Assembly (NCBI GenBank): GCA_964568965.1
Contig: CAZMSS010000001.1
Span: 1 to 56,420 of the forward strand
DNA length: 56,420 nucleotides
Reading direction: 5' to 3'
Origin: an uncultured Verrucomicrobiota bacterium
GTDB lineage: Bacteria; Verrucomicrobiota; Kiritimatiellia; CAIKKV01; CAITUY01
Shown in pieces: positions 44,481-54,032 of the stretch; the stretch's first letter is position 1, and each line of letters opens with the position of its first letter. The translations under genes and the position numbers were made by a program. The notes under the pieces were generated by a model that had not been told where the DNA came from, ran no database searches, and saw only the letters and a program-made list of their open reading frames with translations.

Positions 44481-45389
44481 TCAGTCGAGGCCGGCGAGGC
44501 ATTTGCGCAGGGCGGCGGCCCCTTCCCGGGAGACGGGGTAGAGGGGCGGCCGCGGGGCGCCGACGGGGTGCCCCATCAGGCGGCAGCCGGCCTTGACGAA
44601 CTGGGTGTACCGGCCCCCGCCCTCCATGAAGGAGAGGAGCGGCAACAACTTGAAGTACAGCGTGCGGGCGGCGGCATAATCCTTTTTCACGACGGCCAGG
44701 TCGTATAGCCGCACAAAGCTCCGGGGCGTCACATTGGAGACGCCGGTGACCCACCCTCCCGCGCCCATCATGAAGCTCTCCAGCGCGAGGGTGTCGCACC
44801 CGCAGAACACGCCCAGCCGGTCACCGCACAGCCGGGTCAGGGAGCTGACGCGCGACATGTCGCCGGTGCTGTCCTTGACATAGCGGATGTTCGAGAGGGT
44901 GGTCAGGCGCGCGATGAGGTCCGGCGCCATGTCCACGCCCGTGCGGCCGGGGTAGTTGTAGAGCATGACCGGGATGCCGATCGCGGCATTGATCGCGCGG
45001 AAGTGCTCGAACAGTTCGTCGGGCGTGGGCAGGGAGTAATAGGGAGCGGCCAGCAGCACCCCGTCGCAGCCGAGCGCCTCGGCCTGGCGCGAGTAGGCGA
45101 TGACGTCGCGCGTTGCCCCGGCGTTGGTGCCGGCGAGAACCGGGACGCGTCCATCGGCCGCTTCCAGCGTGGTGCGCAGGACGCGCTCCCGCTCGTCGGC
45201 CGACAAGGCGTAGTACTCGCCCGTGCTGCCCAGCGGGATCAGGCCGTGGATGCCCTGGCGGATCTGGTACTCGACGAAGGCGCCGAGGGCGGGGTAATCA
45301 ACCTCCCCGTTCGCCTTCATCGGCGTGACAAGGGCTGTGAATACGCCGCGGAACGCTCCGCGGCGCGACTTTGAGGACTGGGTCTTCAT
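44481..45389 (-). CDS. DHDPS/NAL-family class I aldolase (2-keto-3-deoxy-sugar-acid aldolase-like)
   Basis: Motifs are FTALVTPM, LGSTGEYYALS and the Schiff-base Lys region IRYVKDSTGD. The start is trimmed to the ATG at 45389, which forms an ATGA overlap with the upstream ALDH stop. Confidence 0.85.
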   Translation of the reverse strand: MKTQSSKSRRGAFRGVFTALVTPMKANGEVDYPALGAFVEYQIRQGIHGLIPLGSTGEYYALSADERERVLRTTLEAADGRVPVLAGTNAGATRDVIAYSRQAEALGCDGVLLAAPYYSLPTPDELFEHFRAINAAIGIPVMLYNYPGRTGVDMAPDLIARLTTLSNIRYVKDSTGDMSRVSSLTRLCGDRLGVFCGCDTLALESFMMGAGGWVTGVSNVTPRSFVRLYDLAVVKKDYAAARTLYFKLLPLLSFMEGGGRYTQFVKAGCRLMGHPVGAPRPPLYPVSREGAAALRKCLAGLD

Positions 45390-46903
45390 GTTAATTGCAT
45401 CCAGATGGTTTTCAGCTCGGTGTATTGGTAATGAGCAAAGATCGACTTGTCGCGGCCGAAGAAGCCCGACTGCTTGTAGCCGCCGAACGGGGTGGTGGCG
45501 TCGCCCTCGGAGAAACAATTCACCGAGACGGTACCCGCCCGGATGGCGCGAGCGACGCGGTGGGCCCGGCTGACATTCTCGCTGTAGAGCGAGGCGGTCA
45601 ATCCGTAGGGGGTGTCGTTCGCGAGGATGATGGCTTCCTCCTCGGTGTCAAAGGTCAGCACGGAGAGGACAGGGCCGAAGATCTCCTCGCGGGCGATCTT
45701 CATGGCGGGCTTCACGCCGTCGAAGATGGTGGGTTCGACGAAATAGCCGCCGGTCTTGAGGAGCGTGCGTTTCCCTCCCAGAACCAGTTTGGCGCCCTCG
45801 CGCTTTCCGCTCTCGACGTACTCCAGGACCTTCATCATGTGGCTTTCCTCGATCATCGGGCCGATCTTGGTGGCCGGATCCAGCGGGCTGCCGACGACCC
45901 ACTCCCTGCTCAGCTCGATCATGCGGGACAGGAGCTTGTCCTTGAACTTGCGGTGGACGATCAGGCGCGAGCCGGAGCTGCAGTTTTCCCCCATGTTCCA
46001 GAAGACGCTGCTCAGGGCCTGGCGGGCGATGTAATCCACGTCGCCGGCGTCCTCGAACACAACCTGCGGGTTCTTGCCGCCCAGTTCCAGCATGATGCGC
46101 TTGAGGTTGGATTCGGCCGAATACTGCAGCAGCTGGCGACCCACTTCAGTCGAGCCGGTGAAGGCCGCGGCGTCGACATCGGGATGACGGCAGAGCGCCG
46201 CGCCGATCACGGCGCCACTGCCGGGCACGACGTTGAGAACGCCGTCTGGAATTCCCGCCTCGGCGGCGATTTCGGCCAGGCGCAGGACGCTCAGGGCCGT
46301 CTGCCGGGCCGGTTTAAGGACCACGCTGTTGCCGGTGGCGAGGATGGGGCCGAGCTTCCAGGCGGCCATCTGGAACGGGAAATTCCAGGGCAGGATGGCT
46401 CCAACGACGCCCAGCGGTTCGCGCACGATCATCGCGACATTGCCCGGGCCGGTGGGCGAGACCTTCTCGTATTCCTTGTCAATCGCCTCGGCATGCCAGC
46501 GGAAACAGTGCACGGAGTCGGGCAGGTCCATCGTCAGGCAATCCGTGATCGGCTTGCCGGCGTCCAGGCAGTCGAGCAGGGCCAGTTCGCCGAGGTTTTT
46601 CTCAATGAGGTCGGCGAAACGCAGCAGGACATGCTTGCGCTCGGTGGGGGAGCGCTTGGCCCAGACGCCCTGGTCAAACGCGCGGCGGGCGGCCTTGACG
46701 GCGGCGTCCACGTCGGCGGCCTCGCAGGCGGCGATCTTGGCGAGGGGCTGGCCGGTGGCGGGGTTTGTCGAGACATATGTCTTGCCGGATGCGGCATTCA
46801 CATAGCGGCCGTTGATGAAGGCCTGGGTGCGGAACTTGATTTTGGCCGTGGCGGCCTTGATGGACTTGGGCTCAAGCGTGACGTTAAGTACCGGTGTTTT
46901 CAT
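45386..46903 (-). CDS. NAD(P)+-dependent aldehyde dehydrogenase
   Basis: The ALDH motifs are LELGGKNP (catalytic Glu), GENCSSGSRL (catalytic Cys) and FTGSTEVG. The sequence GGGGAGG lies upstream of the ATG. Confidence 0.9.
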   Translation of the reverse strand: MKTPVLNVTLEPKSIKAATAKIKFRTQAFINGRYVNAASGKTYVSTNPATGQPLAKIAACEAADVDAAVKAARRAFDQGVWAKRSPTERKHVLLRFADLIEKNLGELALLDCLDAGKPITDCLTMDLPDSVHCFRWHAEAIDKEYEKVSPTGPGNVAMIVREPLGVVGAILPWNFPFQMAAWKLGPILATGNSVVLKPARQTALSVLRLAEIAAEAGIPDGVLNVVPGSGAVIGAALCRHPDVDAAAFTGSTEVGRQLLQYSAESNLKRIMLELGGKNPQVVFEDAGDVDYIARQALSSVFWNMGENCSSGSRLIVHRKFKDKLLSRMIELSREWVVGSPLDPATKIGPMIEESHMMKVLEYVESGKREGAKLVLGGKRTLLKTGGYFVEPTIFDGVKPAMKIAREEIFGPVLSVLTFDTEEEAIILANDTPYGLTASLYSENVSRAHRVARAIRAGTVSVNCFSEGDATTPFGGYKQSGFFGRDKSIFAHYQYTELKTIWMQLT

Positions 46904-47196
46904 GGCGTTATGCTACCTCCCCGAATTCATGCTGTCTTCTGATAAAACGGCAAAAGGTTGCCAGATAAATCCGACGGACGCAAGATTTGTCACTTCAATT
47001 GCTGGTGGACGCCGCCCCCGGGCGGCGTCAGCCCGCTTATTTTGGGAACGGTAGTCTGTCCCCGCAGCCGCTATTGACTTTCCGGTTTCAAAAATGGATT
47101 GTGGCGAACTTGCAAATGGCGGGAGGGATCGGGTCGTGGGCATCGGAATACAGAGGAGAGATTGTGGCAACGGAACGGGCAGCTTTTGAGGGGAAT

Positions 47197-49920
47197 ATGA
47201 CGCCGTCTGGCGGGGGGATGGTTGTCAGCGCCTTGACTTGCGAGCAACGGGTCTGTCCGCTCGGCATTGACGTGACGCGCCCGATGCTGGGCTGGATCCT
47301 GGAATCTCCTCTTCGTGGCGACAGGCAGACCGCCTATCAGATTCTGGTGGCCGGGACGCCCGGGGCGCTCGCCGCCAACACCCCTGATCTCTGGGACAGC
47401 GGCCGGGTGATATCCGACCGATCGGTGGGCATCCTCTACGAAGGCCGGCCGCTCCACTCCGGCATGCGGGTCTGGTGGAAGGTCCGCGTGTGGGACCGGG
47501 AGGGCCGGCCGGGACCCGACAGCGAGCCGCAATGGTGGGAGATGGCGCTTCTTTCCCCGCAAGACTGGCGTGGCAAATGGATCTGCCACGACCAGCCCCT
47601 GCCGCAGCAGGATGAGGATTTCTATAAGGACAACCCCGCCCCGCTCCTGCGGAAGGACTTTGCGGCGGCCCGCCCGATCCGCAAGGCCCGTCTGCATGTC
47701 AGCGGCCTGGGATACTACGAGCTTCACCTCAACGGTTCCAAGGTAGGCGACCAGGTGCTTGACCCCGGCTGGACCAGCTACGGCAAGCGCGTGCTCTATT
47801 CCACCTATGATGTCACCACGTTGATTCAGCCGGGCGGGAATGCGCTTGGCGTCATGCTCGGGAACGGCTGGTACAACCCGCTTCCGCTGCGGATGTGGGG
47901 GCATCTCAACCTCCGCGAGCATCTGACCGTGGGCCGGCCGCGGGTCATCCTTCAGCTGAACATCGAGTACACCGACGGCACGACGGGGGAAGTCGTCACC
48001 GATGAAACCTGGAAAACGGCGGACGGCCCCATTCTCAGGAATAGCGTCTATCTGGGTGAGGTTTATGACGCGCGGCGCGAGATTCCCGGGTGGGACCGCC
48101 CCGGGTTCAACGACCGCGGGTGGCAGGCGGCGGTTGCCGCCACGGACGTGCTGGGCCCGTTGCGGGCGCAGGCCGCACCCCCGATCAAGGTGGGCCGGAT
48201 CATCAAGCCGGTCGCGATGACCGAACCGGCTCCAGGCCTTTTCGTCTTTGACCTGGGTGAGAATTTCGCGGGGTGGGTCCGGCTCCGCGCCCGGGGCAAG
48301 GCCGGCGACACCATGACGCTGACCTTCGGCGAACTGCTCATGCCGGACGGGACGTTGAATCCCAAGACCGTTGCCTGCGGGCAGATCAAGACGGGGCGCT
48401 CCAAGGGCGGTCCCGGCGCCCCTGCCGATGCCTTCCATCGTTACACCATCATCCTGAAGGGCGACGGGGAAGAGGTCTACACTCCCCGCTTCACGTTCCA
48501 CGGGTTCCGCTATGTGGAGGTGGCCGGCTATCCGGGTCGTCCTGCGCTGGAAGCACTCGAGGGGCTGGCCCTGTATTCGGCGGTCAGGTCCGCCGGCTCG
48601 TTTTCCTGTTCCAACCCGATGCTCAACCGGATCCAGGATGCCTTCCGCCGTTCCCTGCTCAGCAACCTCTTTGGCGTCGAGTCGGATTGCCCGCACCGCG
48701 AGAAGTTCGGTTACGGCGGCGATATTGTCGCCTGCAGCGAGGCGGCCATCTACAACTTCGACATGTCCGGCTTCTATGCCAAGGCGGTTGAGGACCTTCA
48801 GGATGCGGTGAGGCCCAACGGCGGTTTCACCGAAACCGCGCCCTTCACCGGGGTGGCCGACAATGGCCTGGGCGAGGGGGCCGGCCCGATGCTCTGGGGT
48901 ACGGCCCATCCCGTCCTGCAGAAGCGGCTGCTCCAGCACTACGGCAACCTCAGGCTGCTGGCCGAGCAGGACGATGCCACCGGCCGCTGGATGGCGTTTC
49001 TGGAATCCAAGGCCCAGGACCATATCCTGACCCAGTGCCTGGGTGATCACGAGACGCTGGCGCCCCGCTCGACGGCGGTCAGCAGTACTGCCTACTATTA
49101 CTGGACCGCCTGTCTGTGCCGCGACTTCGCCGAAATCCTGGGCAAGACCGGCGAGGCCCGGTGCTATGACGCCCTGGCAGGCCGGATCCGCGATGCCTTC
49201 AACCGCACGTTCCTGGACGCGAAGACCGGGCGGGTCGACAACGCCAGCCAGGCGAACCAGGCGTTTGCCCTGGCGCTGGGACTGCTGTCCGAACAGGACC
49301 GGGCGGCGGCGCTGGCCGTGCTCGTCGATGATGTCATGACCACCCACCAGGGGCACCTGAGTACCGGGATTTTCGGCACCGACTGCCTGTTGCAGGCGCT
49401 GGGCCAGACTGGGCGGGCGGATATCGCCTACACCATCGTCACCCGGAAGACTTTTCCCGGTTGGGGCTACATGCTGGAGAACGGCGCGACGACCCTGTGG
49501 GAACATTGGGCGCTGGACGCCGGTATCTTCTCGCACAACCATCCCATGTTCGGATCCGTCAGCGCATGGTTTTTCAAATTCCTGGGGGGTATCCAGTGTG
49601 AGCCCGGAGCCATCGGGTTCGACCGGATCATCATCGCCCCTCAGATTGTCGGCGACCTGACGTGGGTCAAGGCCAGCCACGAGTCGGTCCGTGGAACCAT
49701 CCGGAGCGGGTGGGCACTGGACGGCAAGCGCCTGACGCTGGACATCACCATTCCCGTCAACGCCATAGCGTCCGTCCGGGTTCCGGCGGCCGCGGCCTCC
49801 AAAATCCGCGAGGGCGGACTCCCGGCCGGGGAATCGCCGGGAGTCCGCAGTCTTGGCCGGGACACGACTGCGGCCATCTTCGAGGTCGGCGCCGGGACCT
49901 ACCAATTCACTGTGGAATAG
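47197..49920 (+). CDS. GH78 alpha-L-rhamnosidase, no signal peptide
   Basis: The N-terminal family pattern is LTCEQRVCPLGIDVTRPMLGWILESPLRGDRQTAYQILVAG. Later segments are RLHVSGLGYYELHLNGSKVGD and DCPHREKFGYGGD. The start is trimmed to the ATG at 47197 (alternative 47218); the track start at 46987 is unlikely. Confidence 0.9.
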   Translation: MTPSGGGMVVSALTCEQRVCPLGIDVTRPMLGWILESPLRGDRQTAYQILVAGTPGALAANTPDLWDSGRVISDRSVGILYEGRPLHSGMRVWWKVRVWDREGRPGPDSEPQWWEMALLSPQDWRGKWICHDQPLPQQDEDFYKDNPAPLLRKDFAAARPIRKARLHVSGLGYYELHLNGSKVGDQVLDPGWTSYGKRVLYSTYDVTTLIQPGGNALGVMLGNGWYNPLPLRMWGHLNLREHLTVGRPRVILQLNIEYTDGTTGEVVTDETWKTADGPILRNSVYLGEVYDARREIPGWDRPGFNDRGWQAAVAATDVLGPLRAQAAPPIKVGRIIKPVAMTEPAPGLFVFDLGENFAGWVRLRARGKAGDTMTLTFGELLMPDGTLNPKTVACGQIKTGRSKGGPGAPADAFHRYTIILKGDGEEVYTPRFTFHGFRYVEVAGYPGRPALEALEGLALYSAVRSAGSFSCSNPMLNRIQDAFRRSLLSNLFGVESDCPHREKFGYGGDIVACSEAAIYNFDMSGFYAKAVEDLQDAVRPNGGFTETAPFTGVADNGLGEGAGPMLWGTAHPVLQKRLLQHYGNLRLLAEQDDATGRWMAFLESKAQDHILTQCLGDHETLAPRSTAVSSTAYYYWTACLCRDFAEILGKTGEARCYDALAGRIRDAFNRTFLDAKTGRVDNASQANQAFALALGLLSEQDRAAALAVLVDDVMTTHQGHLSTGIFGTDCLLQALGQTGRADIAYTIVTRKTFPGWGYMLENGATTLWEHWALDAGIFSHNHPMFGSVSAWFFKFLGGIQCEPGAIGFDRIIIAPQIVGDLTWVKASHESVRGTIRSGWALDGKRLTLDITIPVNAIASVRVPAAAASKIREGGLPAGESPGVRSLGRDTTAAIFEVGAGTYQFTVE

Positions 49921-49947
49921 GGAACACTAAAGAGGGAATACCAGACC

Positions 49948-52014
49948 ATGAAAACCGCCTGTATCATTACCAATAGCTCACACCCGACACTGGCCTATGC
50001 GGCCCACGACTTGCAGTCTTTCCTGGAGAAGACGACCGACCTGCTGAAGACGACCGACGTGGTGCAGGCGGATTATTGCTTTACCCTGTCAAAGGAGCCC
50101 GGTCTGAAGGAGACCAGTTTTGCGGTGCGTGTGGTGAAGCAGGGGCGGCGCACGGTCGTCACGCTGGCAGGCCATGACGAGGCCTGTGTGTTGCACGCCG
50201 TCTATGCGATGCTGGGAACATGCGGGATCCACTTTGACATTCTGGGGCCCATCCTTCCCGACCAGCTCGATCTGTCAGCCCTGACGGAGGGGGAGCAGGT
50301 CACGACGCCGTTCGTGCGGCAGCGCGGCATCCGGCAGCACATCAATTTCGCGATGGACATCTCGTCGTACCCCCTGGCCGAAGCCAAGGACTACATCCGC
50401 AACATGGCCCGCATGGGGATGAACCACATCACGTTCCACAGCTATAACGGGCAATGGTTCGGGTATGTGAAGGACGGCGAGTTCAAGCACGGCGGCAACT
50501 TCTTCTATGGAACGCGCTTCGACCTGCCCGACCGGGAGCTGTTCACCCGGAATATCCGCAACCGCGCCATCTACTGCATTCCCGAGATCGAGGCGGTCAT
50601 CGAGCAGCCCGAACTGCGCAGCAGGATGGCCACCGAATGGCTCAATGCGGTGATCGCTGAATGCAAGCGCTGCGGCCTCCACGTGCAGTTCTCCGTTGAA
50701 CCGGCCGGGAAGACCCACGCCGAGGGCGTGGCAATCTGCCGGGACGTGATCGCGCTGTATCCCGCGATCGACACCTTCGAGCTGATCACGCCCGAATGCG
50801 GCAATTCCGAGCGGACCCTGAAGGCGGTTGAGCTCAAGGCGTATCTGGTGGATCTCTTCGGCCAGTCGGTGCTCGACGATGCGGCGCTGATGGCCTCGCT
50901 CAAGGATGGCCTGCATCAACTGGAGGGCGGGATCCGAAACTGCGCCCGCAACATCCGGATTGTCGAGGCGCTTCGGGCCGCGCCGGGTGCCGCGAGGCCC
51001 GCCCTGGCGATCGGCGCCTACATCACGTGCCCTGATTCCAACCGTGTCGTGCATGCCCTGATGCAGCGCTATACGCCCGAGGGCGTGTCGCTGGCGTTTC
51101 TCCCTGCGCATGGGGCGCGGCGGGCTGTGGCCAACCTCAGGCAGATGGGGTTTACCCGGCAGAGCGTCCTGAGGTCCATGCTCTACGGGTGGATCGAATT
51201 CGACGGCAACATGTACCTGCAGCAGAATTCCGTGGTGGGCGCCCGGCAGATGCTGGAGTTTGCGAAGTCACTCACGGGTGAGGCGCAGGTCACGGGCGTG
51301 GCGCTCAACCACTGGCGCACGGCCGAAAACAGGGTGTGCATCGCGTATGCCGCCCGGGCGTTCATCCAGGGACCTATCGACCCCGCCGGGTTCTACCGGG
51401 ATTATGCCCGTGTCTTCGGGGTGAAGGAGGCAGACCGCTATGCCGGCATCATGCAGGAACTGGACGACCTTGACGACCTGGCGCGGGAGAAAATGTTCAA
51501 TATCGGGTTTTGTGCCAGCGGCTGCTGGGTGCGACCCGGGCTGAGGTGGACCCGGAAGTGGGACAATGACGCCATTGACGAGGCGAAGCGGCGTTTCGCA
51601 GAGACCATTCCCGGGCTGGAGTCCTGCCTGCAGACGGCAACCCGGCCGGCGGGCCGCGAACTCCTCCGGTTCCTGATCAACCGGGTGGAATGCACGCTGC
51701 TCCAGCTGGAGTGCGCCCAGACGATGAAGTCCCTCAATGCCTTTTGCGACCATGATCATCCCGACAGCCTGGATGCCGCGCAGAAGCAGACGGTCAAGGA
51801 GACCTGCGCGCGGGCCCTGGATCTGGCCGGGCGCTACCTGGCCAAGCATGCCGAGACCATTATCGACCGGGGTTGCGAAGGCACGTTGATCAGCTACCAG
51901 ACCACGCTGCCGAACTTCATTCACCACATCCGCGCGGTTTTTGTAGAGGGCGAGAAAACCTGCACCCATTTCCTGCCCGAGTTCGATGCGCCACCTCCAC
52001 CGATGATTATCTAA
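49948..52014 (+). CDS. Hypothetical glycosidase-like protein (GH20-like N-terminal module plus TIM-barrel-like core, divergent)
   Basis: The segments VVTLAGHDEACVLHAVYAMLGTCGIHF and RGIRQHINFAMDISSYPLAEAKDYIRNMARMGMNHITFHSY resemble the GH20b/GH20 barrel entry pattern. I could not find the GH20 D-E catalytic pair. Confidence 0.5.
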   Translation: MKTACIITNSSHPTLAYAAHDLQSFLEKTTDLLKTTDVVQADYCFTLSKEPGLKETSFAVRVVKQGRRTVVTLAGHDEACVLHAVYAMLGTCGIHFDILGPILPDQLDLSALTEGEQVTTPFVRQRGIRQHINFAMDISSYPLAEAKDYIRNMARMGMNHITFHSYNGQWFGYVKDGEFKHGGNFFYGTRFDLPDRELFTRNIRNRAIYCIPEIEAVIEQPELRSRMATEWLNAVIAECKRCGLHVQFSVEPAGKTHAEGVAICRDVIALYPAIDTFELITPECGNSERTLKAVELKAYLVDLFGQSVLDDAALMASLKDGLHQLEGGIRNCARNIRIVEALRAAPGAARPALAIGAYITCPDSNRVVHALMQRYTPEGVSLAFLPAHGARRAVANLRQMGFTRQSVLRSMLYGWIEFDGNMYLQQNSVVGARQMLEFAKSLTGEAQVTGVALNHWRTAENRVCIAYAARAFIQGPIDPAGFYRDYARVFGVKEADRYAGIMQELDDLDDLAREKMFNIGFCASGCWVRPGLRWTRKWDNDAIDEAKRRFAETIPGLESCLQTATRPAGRELLRFLINRVECTLLQLECAQTMKSLNAFCDHDHPDSLDAAQKQTVKETCARALDLAGRYLAKHAETIIDRGCEGTLISYQTTLPNFIHHIRAVFVEGEKTCTHFLPEFDAPPPPMII

Positions 52015-52025
52015 AGGAGCAAAAC

Positions 52026-54032
52026 ATGATCAAGCCACAACAAGCAGTATCCAGCGTTAACACACCGCTTCCGGCCGGCGCCGACCTGCCTCCGGTGCAC
52101 GGGCTGTGCGAGGTTCACAGCTCGCAGGTGAAGCTGGGCGGCGGGTTCTGGGGGCCGAGGTTGAAAACCCACCATGAGGTCACCATTCCCCATGAGTTGA
52201 ACTGTCTGGAGGAACGGGGGCACGTCACCAACTTCGACAAGGCGGCGGGCGTCTTCGATGGCCCCCTGCAGGGGCACGGGGCCTTTGATTCCGATTTGTA
52301 CAAGGCCCTGGAGGGAGCGCTGTACTCCCTGCAGCTCCGCGACGACAGCCGCCTGCTCCTGCGTGTTGAAAGCATGATGGACCGCGTCCTGGCGGCCCAG
52401 CAGGAGGACGGGTTCCTGATCGCCTATCACATCGTCAAGGATCTCGCCAAGCGGTGGGACGATCTGACCCTGGGGCACCAGATGTACAATGCGGGCCATT
52501 ATTTCGAGATGGCGGTTGAGCATTACCGGCTGACCGGGGATCCCCGGGTGCTGGAGTCCGCGCGGCGGTTTGCCGACCACATCGACGGCCTCTTCGGCGA
52601 AGGCAAACGCTACGAGGTGGACGGGCATCAGGAAGTGGAGCTGGCCCTGGTCAAGCTGTACCGCGCCACCGGCGAGCGGCGTTACCTCGACCTGTCGCGG
52701 TTCTTCCTCGATGAACGGGGCTATGCCCACGGGACGGAGCGCAAGCCCTTTGATCCCTCAACGCAAGTGATGCCGGTCAAGCCGGAAGGCCCGCTGGAAG
52801 GCGAGAAGCGTCGTGAGTTCTGGCATGCCCAGCTCCGGTATCGCAACGGTCGCATGCAGGACCATAAGCCGGTTGTCGACCAGCACGAGGCCGTGGGCCA
52901 TGCCGTGCGGGCCGGTTACATGTATGCGGCGATGGCCGATATTCTCCGCTTCATGGACGCCCCGGGCTACGAGCAGGCGCTGGATGACATCTGGAATGAC
53001 GTCGTGAGCCACAAGCTTTACGTCACCGGCAGCATCGGCTCGGGCCAGTATGATGACGAGGGCTTCGGTGATCCCTATCTGCTGCCCAATGACACGGCGT
53101 ATTGTGAATCCTGTGCGGCCATCGCCCATGTGCTGTGGCAATACCGGATGGCCCTGCTGAAGGGGCAGGCCAAGTATGCCGACGTAATGGAGCTGGCGCT
53201 GTACAACGGCGTGCTCTCCGGGATTTCGATCTCCGGATCCCAGTTCTTCTACGAGAACCATCTCTTCAATCCCGAGGGCGATGCCCGGCGGTCATGGATC
53301 GGGATTGCGTGCTGCCCGACGAACCTGGCGCGCATCATTCCGCAGGTCGGCGGGCTGGCCTTTGCCTGCGGCCCGCGGCAGGCGACCGTCAACCTCTACC
53401 TGGCCGGCGAGGCGACGTTCGCCATCGACGATAAGGTGACGGTCAAGTTGGCCCAGCAGACCGACTATCCGTGGAACGGTCGTGTGCGGCTGACGGTTAC
53501 GCCGGACAAGGCGGCCGATTTCACCCTGCGCCTGCGCATTCCGGGCTGGGCGCTGGGGCGGCCCGTGCCCAGCGACCTCTACCGGTTTGCCGGGACGAAA
53601 GTCCCGCCGGTCGGTTTGACCCTCAACGGCCAGCCGGCTGACGCCACGCCGCAGACCGACGGCTATGTTCACCTGAAGCGTTGTTGGCAGCCAGGCGACG
53701 TGGTGGAGCTGGATCTACCGATGCCCGTTCGCCGTGTCGTCGCCCATGAGAATGTCCAGGCCGATAAAGGCAAGGTGGCGCTGATGCGTGGCCCGGTCAT
53801 CTATTGCATCGAGGCGGCTGATCATCCCGGGGTGGACATCACCGGCCTTGTCCTGCCTCAGGACTCGGAACTCCACGCGGAGCACCGTCCGGAATTTCTG
53901 GGCGGCGTGACCGTCATCCAGGGCAAGGCCATGAATGCCAGCCAACAGCCAGTCACCCTGACGGCCATACCGAACTATGCCTGGGCGAACCGGGAGAAAG
54001 GCGCCATGACGGTATGGATCAACGCTGGCTGA
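52026..54032 (+). CDS. GH127 beta-L-arabinofuranosidase-family protein (DUF1680), no signal peptide
   Basis: A strong SD (AAGGAG) lies 7 nt upstream of the ATG at 52026. Motifs are GHAVRAGYMY, YCESCAAIA (Glu/Cys Zn ligands) and IACCPTNLARI, with the Cys-Cys pair encoded at 53310-53315. Confidence 0.9.
   Translation: MIKPQQAVSSVNTPLPAGADLPPVHGLCEVHSSQVKLGGGFWGPRLKTHHEVTIPHELNCLEERGHVTNFDKAAGVFDGPLQGHGAFDSDLYKALEGALYSLQLRDDSRLLLRVESMMDRVLAAQQEDGFLIAYHIVKDLAKRWDDLTLGHQMYNAGHYFEMAVEHYRLTGDPRVLESARRFADHIDGLFGEGKRYEVDGHQEVELALVKLYRATGERRYLDLSRFFLDERGYAHGTERKPFDPSTQVMPVKPEGPLEGEKRREFWHAQLRYRNGRMQDHKPVVDQHEAVGHAVRAGYMYAAMADILRFMDAPGYEQALDDIWNDVVSHKLYVTGSIGSGQYDDEGFGDPYLLPNDTAYCESCAAIAHVLWQYRMALLKGQAKYADVMELALYNGVLSGISISGSQFFYENHLFNPEGDARRSWIGIACCPTNLARIIPQVGGLAFACGPRQATVNLYLAGEATFAIDDKVTVKLAQQTDYPWNGRVRLTVTPDKAADFTLRLRIPGWALGRPVPSDLYRFAGTKVPPVGLTLNGQPADATPQTDGYVHLKRCWQPGDVVELDLPMPVRRVVAHENVQADKGKVALMRGPVIYCIEAADHPGVDITGLVLPQDSELHAEHRPEFLGGVTVIQGKAMNASQQPVTLTAIPNYAWANREKGAMTVWINAG

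Noticed and set aside
45395-46942. 515-aa ORF antisense to the aldehyde dehydrogenase gene
   Set aside because: This is a shadow ORF. The ALDH motifs (LELGGKNP, GENCSSG) are on the minus strand, and the plus-strand product is low-complexity and G/A/R/D-rich.
47071-49905. 944-aa ORF antisense to the GH78 gene
   Set aside because: The translation is Arg/Gly/Pro/Ala-rich and low in complexity, with no motif. The opposite strand carries a diagnostic GH78 sequence. This is a typical stop-poor antisense frame in DNA above 60% GC.
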